A stretch of 64,000 bases of DNA from Acutalibacteraceae bacterium (GCA_045598085.1 JAZLLI010000037.1:7609-71608), one strand, 5' to 3'; positions 18,752 through 26,554 are shown, counted from the first letter of the stretch. The notes: generated by a model from the sequence alone, not told the origin. Made by a program: numbers and translations.

Positions 18752-19129
18752 ATGCTTAAAGAGTATTTCAAGGCTTTTGAAAAAGACAGAGAGTTTAATT
18801 CACGCACGGGGAAAGATGAATTTTGGCGTGCGGCACTGCCCGATTTTATTATTCTCGGCGCACTGATTGCAGGATTCTTTTGCCTTAAAAGTTTTGACCT
18901 TGTTTTTCTCGCTCTTGGCATAGCTTATGTTGCTGTAACATTCACCTCCCGACTTGCTTTGTGGACAAGGCGACTGCATGACACAGGCATTAAGGGCACA
19001 TTTATTTTTGTGATTTTGGTGCCCATTTTAGGATTTCTTGCACTGCTCTTTATCTTTATGAGCGATTCACAGCAGAAAGACAATGAATTTGGGAAATATA
19101 TAAAAGATACAAAGAAAAAGAAGAAATAA
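18752..19129 (+). CDS. DUF805-family inner membrane protein
   Basis: 125 aa. GRxxFW-like start (TGKDEFWR), RRLHDTG motif, three TM segments. Confidence 0.75.
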   Translation: MLKEYFKAFEKDREFNSRTGKDEFWRAALPDFIILGALIAGFFCLKSFDLVFLALGIAYVAVTFTSRLALWTRRLHDTGIKGTFIFVILVPILGFLALLFIFMSDSQQKDNEFGKYIKDTKKKKK

Positions 19130-19130
19130 T

Positions 19131-19207
19131 CCGCCCGTAGCATAATTGGATAATGCATCAGATTCCGATTCTGACGACTGGGAGTTCGAACCTCTTCGGG
19201 CGGGCCA
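19131..19207 (+). tRNA. tRNA-Arg (anticodon CCG), 77 nt with encoded CCA
   Basis: Hand-folded cloverleaf. Acceptor CCGCCCG/CGGGCGG; U8; D arm GCAT-AATTGGATA-ATGC (G18 G19 A20). Anticodon arm TCAGA-TTCCGAT-TCTGA; variable loop CGACT. T arm GGGAG-TTCGAAC-CTCTT; discriminator G; CCA. Confidence 0.8.
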
Positions 19208-19214
19208 AAACGAA

Positions 19215-19248
19215 AAGAGTGTACCGTAAGGTATGCTCTTTTTGTTTT
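19215..19248 (+). terminator. Intrinsic terminator after the tRNA
   Basis: 11-bp stem (two G.U pairs) AAGAGTGTACC-GTAA-GGTATGCTCTT, followed by TTTTTGTTTT. Confidence 0.75.
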
Positions 19249-19249
19249 A

Positions 19250-19413
19250 GAAGAGGTTCGAACTCTGTGAGGGTGAGCAACGTTAAGAAAACAGTCCTGT
19301 GAACTGTTTTTAGTTGTGAAGTCCGAGGCGGGTACTGTTGCACAGCAACGGTCGCCGAGGATGCAGTACGCAAGGCTATGCCGCAGCGGACGTCCTCTTC
19401 GGGCGGGCCAAAA
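19250..19413 (+). ncRNA. Candidate structured RNA or att-scar ending in a copy of the tRNA 3' end
   Basis: Closing helix GAAGAGG (19250-56) / CCTCTTC (19394-400). TTCGAAC directly follows the 5' strand. Internal helices at 19288-19310, 19321-31/19381-91 and 19332-37/19364-69. Ends CGGGCGGGCCA. Confidence 0.3.
19394..19413 (+). repeat. 20-nt exact direct repeat of the tRNA 3' end (partner at 19191-19210)
   Basis: CCTCTTCGGGCGGGCCAAAA occurs at both positions. Imperfect similarity continues into both downstream hairpins. Confidence 0.9.
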
Positions 19414-19447
19414 TAAAAAGAGCTTACCGTCAAGGCAAGCTCTTCTT
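19411..19447. terminator. Bidirectional terminator (XRE gene on minus, structured element on plus)
   Basis: Stem AAGAGCTTACC / GGCAAGCTCTT with one mismatch. TTTATTT follows on the minus strand; it starts 2 nt after the XRE stop codon. Confidence 0.65.
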
Positions 19448-19656
19448 TATTTATCTTTTAAGCCAAGTATATAATCAGTTGAAACATTATAAAACAACGC
19501 AAGATGTATAAGAATATCTGTTGGAATATCCCTTTGCCCTAACTCATAATTGCTATATACCTGCTGTGAGCAATTAAGCACCTTGGCAAGCTCTTTCTGC
19601 GTTAAATCGTGATCTTCTCTTAAATCTCTAATTCTGCTATACATATAATACCTCAT
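19447..19656 (-). CDS. XRE-family helix-turn-helix transcriptional regulator (69 aa)
   Basis: LTQKELAKVLNCSQQVYSNYELGQRDIPTDILIHLALFYNVSTDYILG. Confidence 0.85.
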   Translation of the reverse strand: MRYYMYSRIRDLREDHDLTQKELAKVLNCSQQVYSNYELGQRDIPTDILIHLALFYNVSTDYILGLKDK

Positions 19657-19698
19657 AAGACTTTATTATGATATTATATGTATTCAATATTTTTGCTA

Positions 19699-19727
19699 TT
19701 GACTTTTACTGCAAAATGCGGTAAAAT
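19699..19727 (+). promoter_or_regulatory. SigA-type promoter of the zinc-ribbon/OB gene
   Basis: TTGACT (19699-704), 17-nt spacer, TAAAAT (19722-727). Confidence 0.6.
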
Positions 19728-19758
19728 GTTGGTACAAAATAAATATGAGGTGATTTTA

Positions 19759-20358
19759 ATGTTTTGTCCAAAATGCGGCAACGATGCTGGAAATGCGCAA
19801 TTTTGCCCAAAATGCGGTTCATCAGTTCTCGAAGCTTCAAGTCCAAAATCAAAGGCATCCAAACCTAAAAAGAAGTTCTATAAGAAATGGTGGTTTTGGG
19901 TTATCATCGTTATAGTGGTTATTAGTATAGGAAGTTCTGTCGGTAAAGATTCAAGCACTTCATCAAACAACACTTCTGACACTGCAACACAAGAAAGCAG
20001 CACCAAAGCCCCTGAAAAAACAACAAAAGCTATTTCATACAATAAATACAATGTAACCGAGCTTTTTGACGATCTTAAGAATAACGCTATGAAAGCTCAA
20101 AGCAAGCACAAAGATGAATACGTAGAAGTAACAGGCTATCTCTATTCAATAGATGCAAGTGGAAAGTACATTTCTATAAATGCAGGCGAAAACAACTATG
20201 ACTATTTATTGGATAATATGCAGCTTTATATCAAGGATGATAGCCAAAAAGAAAAAATAATGAACTTGTCAACGGGTAACAAAATGACAATAAAATGCCA
20301 TATTACAACCGTTGGTGAGCTTATGGGATATCAGGCTGATATTATTGAAATTCTTTAA
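19759..20358 (+). CDS. Zinc-ribbon, TM, extracytoplasmic OB-fold (tRNA_anti-like domain) protein
   Basis: ATG 19759 after GAGG. FCPKCGNDAGNAQFCPKCG, one TM, Ser/Thr linker. C-terminal YNVTELFDDLKNNAMKAQSKHKDEYVEVTGYL... resembles the tRNA_anti-like OB domain. Confidence 0.6.
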   Translation: MFCPKCGNDAGNAQFCPKCGSSVLEASSPKSKASKPKKKFYKKWWFWVIIVIVVISIGSSVGKDSSTSSNNTSDTATQESSTKAPEKTTKAISYNKYNVTELFDDLKNNAMKAQSKHKDEYVEVTGYLYSIDASGKYISINAGENNYDYLLDNMQLYIKDDSQKEKIMNLSTGNKMTIKCHITTVGELMGYQADIIEIL

Positions 20359-20385
20359 ACAAAATCAACTGATTTACTGTAAAAA

Positions 20386-20411
20386 ACAGGGGCAATCACA
20401 CCCCTGTTTTC
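20386..20411 (+). terminator. Intrinsic terminator
   Basis: ACAGGGG-8nt-CCCCTGT followed by TTTT. Confidence 0.75.
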
Positions 20412-20494
20412 GTTATATTGGGTGCGTTTATGCGTAAAAATAAGGAGATGAGTTTTTTACAGCTCCTTTTACTACATCAAGCTATTTAGTTTGA

Positions 20495-21016
20495 TCAATA
20501 CGGACTCCATGCGAAGATTTTGGCGATGGTATCGGCGATTTTTCCAAATAATCGCTGGAAGAAATTGCCGTTCACCTGAACCTTTGTGTTCACAAGAAGC
20601 ACTTCTATTCTGCTGCCGTCTGCCCCGGTGCCAACAGCCTTGCTGTACCACAAAACTTCACAACCCTTATCGCAGATAAAATCAATATTGCCGTCATTGA
20701 TTTCGTTTGGCAGTGTGCCGTCCTTTGCAATGAAAGTGTAATTCACATAATAGGTTCTGCCACTTTTAAGCTCATCAAAATACACATTACCCACATAAGT
20801 TGAAACAAAAACGGGGTCATCACGGTTCACAGTGTCAAGGGCGATATTGCCCGACCTGATTTCTATAAATCTTTCACAGTTTTCGTATGTTGCTCCGCTT
20901 AAATCGCTCTTTAAATAAAGAGTGATTTTTTCATTATTTTCGGCAGCTGAAACGCTCATTGAAAAATAACATAAAGTAAGTGTCAAACAAAGCAGAATTG
21001 AAACTGCTCTTTTCAT
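20495..21016 (-). CDS. Secreted protein of unknown function (signal peptide)
   Basis: MKRAVSILLCLTLTLCYFSMSVSA/AENN signal peptide. 173 aa. No motif recognised. Confidence 0.6.
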   Translation of the reverse strand: MKRAVSILLCLTLTLCYFSMSVSAAENNEKITLYLKSDLSGATYENCERFIEIRSGNIALDTVNRDDPVFVSTYVGNVYFDELKSGRTYYVNYTFIAKDGTLPNEINDGNIDFICDKGCEVLWYSKAVGTGADGSRIEVLLVNTKVQVNGNFFQRLFGKIADTIAKIFAWSPY

Positions 21017-21033
21017 ATAAGCTCCACCTTTCT

Positions 21034-21067
21034 TATAAAAAACAAACCCCGTCAGATGGCGGGGTTT
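21034..21067 (-). terminator. Intrinsic terminator after the TM2-domain gene
   Basis: AAACCCCG-8nt-CGGGGTTT followed by GTTTTTT on the minus strand. Confidence 0.75.
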
Positions 21068-21076
21068 TGCAAAGAA

Positions 21077-21493
21077 TCAGACAGCACTGTCTTTATTGAT
21101 TTCGTATTTATCGGTGAGGATTTTAACAAAATCAATAAGCGAAAGGATATAACCGATGCCGAAGCACGGGGTAAGAATTATTTTAAGTATGCCTTTTTTG
21201 TTTTCGCCAAGCATAAAGTTATGAATGCCGATGAATCCCAAAAAGAAGCAGATGAGAGCCATTGTTACCTTATCGTTGCCGTTAAGATAATCGGGGTTGG
21301 CATTGTTCACGCTTCTCTGAGCAAATACTGACACTTTAACAGGTGCACCACACTCTGCACAAAAGCGTGCATCAGGTGTCATATTGCTTCCGCAATTCTG
21401 ACAATAGTTTGTTCCGTTGCCTTTTTTAACGCCGCAATTAAGGCAAACATCCTGCAAATCATTCATTTCTCTGCCACAATTTTTACAATACAT
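21077..21493 (-). CDS. Double zinc-ribbon plus TM2-domain membrane protein
   Basis: CKNCG..CLNCG and CQNCG..CAECG ribbons. TM2-like segment ALICFFLGFIGIHNFMLGENKKGILKIIL. Confidence 0.7.
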   Translation of the reverse strand: MYCKNCGREMNDLQDVCLNCGVKKGNGTNYCQNCGSNMTPDARFCAECGAPVKVSVFAQRSVNNANPDYLNGNDKVTMALICFFLGFIGIHNFMLGENKKGILKIILTPCFGIGYILSLIDFVKILTDKYEINKDSAV

Positions 21494-21509
21494 AATGACC
21501 TCCGAATAT

Positions 21510-21863
21510 TTAAAATTTAATAATAATCTGTATAACCCAGTTGATTAAAAAGCCTGACGCAATAAGCAGAAGTATAATTTTATCTGCCTTTTCGCTGAAA
21601 AGGTTGCCGTTTTTTAATAGAAAGATATAAAGAATCGGCACCGACCAGAACATTGGATGAAGCTTAAACGCTGAAACAAAATCCAGCTTCAAGGCTGAAA
21701 GCAATGCCCTTGTCATTCCGCAGCCAAAGCACGGAATACCGAAAAAGTGCTGAAACAAGCACGGCACTTTTAAAAGATAAAGCACCGCAATCAGCGCAGG
21801 GTATCCCACTGCAACGGCAAGAATAACGAAATAATTTTTGTTTAATGTACTGGCTTTTTTCAT
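21510..21863 (-). CDS. DUF2752-family membrane protein
   Basis: CLFQHFFGIPCFGCGMTRA motif. 117 aa, four hydrophobic segments. Confidence 0.7.
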   Translation of the reverse strand: MKKASTLNKNYFVILAVAVGYPALIAVLYLLKVPCLFQHFFGIPCFGCGMTRALLSALKLDFVSAFKLHPMFWSVPILYIFLLKNGNLFSEKADKIILLLIASGFLINWVIQIIIKF

Positions 21864-21982
21864 ATAAAAATCCTCTTTGCATGATTATATCACAGTGTTA
21901 TGAGCTTTACAATAAAAGTGCTGTCAAATTATTGTAAATTTTTTGAAAATGTGATAGACTTCTTTTAAAGGAAGTGATTTTT

Positions 21983-23110
21983 ATGAATAAATACGATATA
22001 GCAGCTTTTATTTGGCCGTCTTACACTGGTGATGAGGGCAGAACACGCATTTTCTGGCCTGAGGGATACGGTGAATGGCAGACAGTAAAAGCTATGAAAG
22101 ACAAAGGCTATGAGGGATGCCGCTGGCCGAGAAAGCCTTTATGGGGATATGTAAACGAGGCGGACAGCCGAGTTATGGAAATGCAGATTAACTGCGCAAC
22201 AGATTACGGCGTTAATGTTTTCATTTATGACTGGTACTGGTTTGATGACAGACCGTTCCTTGAAAACTGCCTTAATGACGGATTTCTCAAGGCAAGGAAC
22301 AACAAGGATATGAAATTTTATCTTATGTGGGCAAATCACAACGCCACGCATCTTTGGGATAAACGCAACTCCTCTGACGACCTTGACACAGTTATCTGGA
22401 AAGGCAGTGTTACACCTGAGATTTTTTCAAAAATTTGCGACAGGACTATTGAAAAATATTTCAGCAAAGAAAATTATTACACAATTGACGGCTGCCCTGT
22501 TTATATGATTTTTGACCTTGATAATTTTATCAGATCTTTCCCCTCAACCAAAGAATGCCGTGAGGGCATTGAGGAATTCCGCAGAAAAACCGTTGCAGCA
22601 GGCTTTAAGGGACTTCATATGCAGGCTGTTCACTGGGACAGAAGAACATACGGCTGGCTTGACGAAAGCGACCCATGCTACGGCAAAGGACTTAAAGAGG
22701 TTTATGATTACCTTGGATTTGACTCTGTTACAAGCTACAACTGGGGCGCATCCATTAACTTTGACGGCGATTACAAAAAGCTCACTGATGAATACACAGA
22801 AAGCATTGAAAACACAGATAAAGAAATCAACATTCCGTTTTATCCAAATCTTTCTGTTGGCTGGGATAACAATGTCAGATTTCACAAATTCATCCCCGGT
22901 GTTGTAACGGGCAACACACCTGAAGCATTCGGCTATGCCTGCCAGAAAATCAAGGATTTTGCAGATAAATCTCTTAAAGATGGCAACATGAAAGCTCCGC
23001 TTATTACAGTAAACAGCTGGAACGAGTGGACAGAAACCAGCTACTTGCAGCCGGATGATTTATACGGCTACGGCTACCTTGAGCAGATTAAGGATGTATA
23101 TTCTGATTAA
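21983..23110 (+). CDS. GH99-like / WbsX-family glycoside hydrolase-like protein
   Basis: ATG 21983 after AAGGAAG. IAAFIWPSY...GEWQTV...WGYVNEADSRVMEMQINCATDYGVNVFIYDWYWF matches the WbsX/GH99-like pattern as I remember it. No signal peptide. Confidence 0.55.
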   Translation: MNKYDIAAFIWPSYTGDEGRTRIFWPEGYGEWQTVKAMKDKGYEGCRWPRKPLWGYVNEADSRVMEMQINCATDYGVNVFIYDWYWFDDRPFLENCLNDGFLKARNNKDMKFYLMWANHNATHLWDKRNSSDDLDTVIWKGSVTPEIFSKICDRTIEKYFSKENYYTIDGCPVYMIFDLDNFIRSFPSTKECREGIEEFRRKTVAAGFKGLHMQAVHWDRRTYGWLDESDPCYGKGLKEVYDYLGFDSVTSYNWGASINFDGDYKKLTDEYTESIENTDKEINIPFYPNLSVGWDNNVRFHKFIPGVVTGNTPEAFGYACQKIKDFADKSLKDGNMKAPLITVNSWNEWTETSYLQPDDLYGYGYLEQIKDVYSD

Positions 23111-23130
23111 CGCAAAATAGATGATATAGA

Positions 23131-23169
23131 AATAGCTATGAGAACCGAAATTCCCATAGCTATTTTTTT
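23131..23169. terminator. Bidirectional terminator between convergent genes
   Basis: 13 pairs with one mismatch, AATAGCTATGAGAA / TTCCCATAGCTATT, followed by TTTTTTT. Confidence 0.7.
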
Positions 23170-24187
23170 AGTCTTTTTTAGTTTTTTTAAGCTTTGCCAG
23201 TGGCTTTTCGGGATTCATAATCACATTGAAAATCGGCTCCCATATTTTAAGTGAGCAGATGACCGTAACGATAATTGCAAAGGGAACGAACCACACTTCT
23301 TCGGGGATGTGAGAAACAACATTTGAAAGTCTGCCGTCCACAAAATGAATAAACACATAATGAAGCATATAGACCTGAAGTGAGCGTGTGCCAAAGGTTG
23401 AAATAATCTTGCGGTCGGTGAGCTTATTGGGTGTAAGGCAGACAACTGAACCGCCAACGAGGGTAACGATTATGTAATAAAGAAGTCTTAATGCACCGCC
23501 TGCTTTTTCGTATTTACCAAGTGAAACGAACGCTCTTCTGCCTGTAATAAGCGGCTTAAACTGGTGGAGAAATCTGACCTTTACAAACACAAGAACTGTG
23601 AAAACAACAAAGACAACTGCTGATGCAATTTTCACCCATTTTTTATCAGAAAATTCTGCAATCTTTTGCGGGTCAAGGCAATAACCAGCGTAAAAGAAAG
23701 GATAGAAAACAATCACTCTCATTATTGCAAGGGTATCGCCAACATTGCTGTCATACCCTGCAACACAAGCAATAAGAATAATCAGCGGTAAAATGTATTT
23801 GGGGTCAAAGCTTTTAAGTGCAATTGTAATCAAAAGGAAGAAAAACATTGCAAGCATATACCACGGCAGGTCGCCAACATCAAAAAGTGAAATGCTCGGC
23901 GTACCGTATGCGATTATGCGTGATAAGAAAAGAATTATTTTTGAAATAAAAAACAGGAAGAGGAAAAGAATAACTTTATTATACTTTTTTTCATTCACTG
24001 TGTGTTTGCTGAAAAGACCCGAAATGAAAATAAACACGGGCATATGGAATGTGTACATCCAGAAAAACAAGCCGTTCATCCAGCCTGATTCATCTGTGAA
24101 ATTCTGAATTGTATGACCTAACACCACAAGGAAGATTAAGAAAAACTTCAGAATATCCCACTTTTCAATTCGTTTTGACTGTGCCAT
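23168..24187 (-). CDS. Acyltransferase family 3 (membrane O-acyltransferase)
   Basis: WDILKFFLIFLVVLGHT N-terminal motif, about 10 TM segments. ATG 24187 with GGAGGT RBS. Confidence 0.75.
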   Translation of the reverse strand: MAQSKRIEKWDILKFFLIFLVVLGHTIQNFTDESGWMNGLFFWMYTFHMPVFIFISGLFSKHTVNEKKYNKVILFLFLFFISKIILFLSRIIAYGTPSISLFDVGDLPWYMLAMFFFLLITIALKSFDPKYILPLIILIACVAGYDSNVGDTLAIMRVIVFYPFFYAGYCLDPQKIAEFSDKKWVKIASAVVFVVFTVLVFVKVRFLHQFKPLITGRRAFVSLGKYEKAGGALRLLYYIIVTLVGGSVVCLTPNKLTDRKIISTFGTRSLQVYMLHYVFIHFVDGRLSNVVSHIPEEVWFVPFAIIVTVICSLKIWEPIFNVIMNPEKPLAKLKKTKKD

Positions 24188-24200
24188 AAGTAACCTCCGC

Positions 24201-26183
24201 CTATTTATACATATAGAAAACCATATCACAGCTCTGTTTCTGCCCTATTTCATATGTACCAAACGGGGTTGAAGTGAATGTGCTTTCCTGTGAATACTTC
24301 CCTGTGAGAGGATTGAACCATTTATAGTGATAAACTGTCGATGGCTCAAGGCTGCCGATTCTTCCCGTGAGCCTGCCTGTGAAGTCGTTGCCGTTTGGCT
24401 TTTGACCCACTGAATTATCACTGAAATTATAGAAATAAATGACCATCTGCGAATTATCGCTGTTGCTTGCCGCATAGGCATAAACATCAACATCACGGTC
24501 GAAATAAAGAATGTTGTTAAATCTTGGAACAAGCTCCCACCAATTCATTGAAGTGAAAAATTCTTTCATATATCCCATCTGATAAGAGCTTTCATATTCA
24601 AGAGCGTCCTGCCATGTGGCATTGATTTTTTCTTCTGAAGTAATTGTGTCAATGCCGTCTGACGAATTTTCATCCTCATTATAAGTGTTGAGGTAGCTCC
24701 ATGTATCGTGTGCACCCCAGCCGTAGCCAAACATTCCGCTAAGATAAGATGCCCAACCCTGCATTCTTGAACCGAAGTTTTTAGTCCAGAGGTAGCAATA
24801 TCTTCCCTCATAATTTATAACAGGTTTGCCCTGTGAATTATACCAGTAATCTTTTTCTCTTTTCTGATTGCTGTTTTCTCTGAGGGATGGCGACCACTGC
24901 GCACCGTACCAATTATGTGCATTAGAATCACGGAAAAGGGATGGTTCGGTGTCTGCATATTTTTTAAGGTTTTCACCTGTGCCCTTGCCATAGGCGGTAA
25001 CCCCACCCGAATTTTCCTGATGAGCAGTCAACGGGTGCGAATAAGCATCATATTTATAAATATAATCTGCAACCAGCTTATAAGGATTATTGAGGAAATT
25101 CCACAGAGGGTGATTGTCGTCCCTGCTGTAAAAATCCCTGTCAACCTCCTGCCCCAAAGTCCACATGACGGGATATGCACCATAGCGGGCAACCCAGTAG
25201 CGTGAGATTTTTTCGAGGTAATGCTTCACGCTTTCAGAAAGAAGCGGAGCGGTAACAGTTTTGCCGTCCTTTTGACCGCTGACAGTTTCACTTGAAAAGC
25301 CGCCCATATTATCAATAAGATTACTCATATACGCAGGGAAGAAAAACTCTGCGTTGGCATGGGTCAGTCCTTTCTCTGCAATGGCTTTGAATTTTTCATC
25401 ATAAACACGAAGTCCGTCAATATCCTGCTCTGTGATGCCGTTTGTAAAATCAAATGTTGCACCGATAGGCTCACTTTGCATAACAGTGAAGCCCTGCTCT
25501 GCCCTTTTTGCACTTATGGTTTTTACCATATCAACAGTTTCATCCCCGAGACTCCAGTGAGTATCGCCAAGATAAAAGAACGGAGTGCCATCATCATATG
25601 TCATATATTTTTTGCCGTAAGAGGTGGTAACAAATCCGTGGCGGTAAACATCGTATTCACCGCTGTATTTTGAGCAGATAACCTTGCCAGCTCTGCCGTT
25701 AAGTGAAGAGTTTTCTTTATCTGTGCAGGTGGTTTCATAAAGCCACTGACCCTCTGACGGGCAGGCAAAACGAACCTTCCATGCGTTGCCGCCATCCCAG
25801 AAAGCAGGGATAGTTAATTTAACACCGTTACCAACAAGAATAAAATCAACATCCACATCATTGAACGGGTCAGCATAAGTTTTTTTGCTTTCAAAGGTCA
25901 GCTCATTTGCAATCCATGTTTCTGTATTTATTGTTGTTTCGGCTGTTTTTGCAAAATTTTCGTCTGTATCATCGGGGATAACTTTTTTCTTATAAGTTGC
26001 CTCTTCGGGGTAATCATCCTTTTTGCTTTCGGCATCACGGATGATGTTTGCCACAGCCCTGCCAACAAAGCAATACGGCACACCAAAAGAGTCAAAAAAG
26101 CCCTGCACAGCCTTACCGCTTTGAATAAAGCCTGAATTGAGCATAATTAAAATTGAGAGAAAAAATGAAACAAATTTCGTCAT
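24201..26183 (-). CDS. DUF5060 + DUF4038 (GH140-like) glycoside hydrolase with N-terminal signal/anchor
   Basis: YADPFNDVDVDFILVGNGVKLTIPAFWDGGNAWKVRFACPSEGQWLY (DUF5060-like). FFYLGDTHWS (DUF4038/GH140-like). GGGAGG RBS. Confidence 0.65.
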   Translation of the reverse strand: MTKFVSFFLSILIMLNSGFIQSGKAVQGFFDSFGVPYCFVGRAVANIIRDAESKKDDYPEEATYKKKVIPDDTDENFAKTAETTINTETWIANELTFESKKTYADPFNDVDVDFILVGNGVKLTIPAFWDGGNAWKVRFACPSEGQWLYETTCTDKENSSLNGRAGKVICSKYSGEYDVYRHGFVTTSYGKKYMTYDDGTPFFYLGDTHWSLGDETVDMVKTISAKRAEQGFTVMQSEPIGATFDFTNGITEQDIDGLRVYDEKFKAIAEKGLTHANAEFFFPAYMSNLIDNMGGFSSETVSGQKDGKTVTAPLLSESVKHYLEKISRYWVARYGAYPVMWTLGQEVDRDFYSRDDNHPLWNFLNNPYKLVADYIYKYDAYSHPLTAHQENSGGVTAYGKGTGENLKKYADTEPSLFRDSNAHNWYGAQWSPSLRENSNQKREKDYWYNSQGKPVINYEGRYCYLWTKNFGSRMQGWASYLSGMFGYGWGAHDTWSYLNTYNEDENSSDGIDTITSEEKINATWQDALEYESSYQMGYMKEFFTSMNWWELVPRFNNILYFDRDVDVYAYAASNSDNSQMVIYFYNFSDNSVGQKPNGNDFTGRLTGRIGSLEPSTVYHYKWFNPLTGKYSQESTFTSTPFGTYEIGQKQSCDMVFYMYK

Positions 26184-26250
26184 ACCAAAACCTCCCGAAA
26201 GTCCACAAGAACTATATCATAATAAGAGAAAAAAATCAAGTTGATAGATA

Positions 26251-26286
26251 TGCAAAAATCCGCACAGTTCGCAGTGAGCTGTGCGG
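26251..26286 (-). terminator. Intrinsic terminator ending the 11-gene operon
   Basis: 9-bp stem TCCGCACAG/CTGTGCGGA, followed by TTTTTGC on the minus strand. Confidence 0.75.
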
Positions 26287-26293
26287 AAAATTT

Positions 26294-26554
26294 TTATATT
26301 CTAAAGGCTGAACGCAATAATACTTTTCTGATTATAACAAGAGTTTCATAAAGCTCATTATCTGAAAGATTATGAAGCTCGCTCTTTTTCCATAAAGATA
26401 TTTTTTCTGCAACCTCTTTGTAGCAATTAACATAGAAAAATATCATTTCAACCGCTTTTTCTCTTTGAAGAGGTTCGTTAAAATCTGTATATCTTATGGT
26501 GAGGTGGTCGATTTCATCGGCCTGCAAAAACAATGTGGTTCTGTTTTTATTCAT
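26294..26554 (-). CDS. Small hypothetical protein (86 aa), last gene of the operon
   Basis: ATG 26554 with a GAGGTG RBS that overlaps the upstream stop. No motif recognised. Confidence 0.5.
   Translation of the reverse strand: MNKNRTTLFLQADEIDHLTIRYTDFNEPLQREKAVEMIFFYVNCYKEVAEKISLWKKSELHNLSDNELYETLVIIRKVLLRSAFRI

Noticed and set aside
19131-19207. Reading the tRNA on the minus strand as tRNA-Pro (anticodon CGG), which would explain a C1:G72 pair.
   Set aside because: On the minus strand the TTCGAAC loop falls in the D-arm position and the GG-containing loop in the T-arm position, and there is no CCA. Only the plus-strand fold is canonical, including A20 for Arg.
19158-19433. 91-aa minus-strand ORF spanning the tRNA repeat region.
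   Set aside because: It lies antisense to the tRNA 3' half, two terminator hairpins and the structured segment. It has no RBS and no recognisable protein features.
19447-21863. The XRE/zinc-ribbon/TM2/DUF2752 block as a genomic island integrated at the tRNA.
   Set aside because: The direct repeats bracket only 183 nt, not this block. I saw no integrase, recombinase or second copy of the repeat elsewhere in the window.
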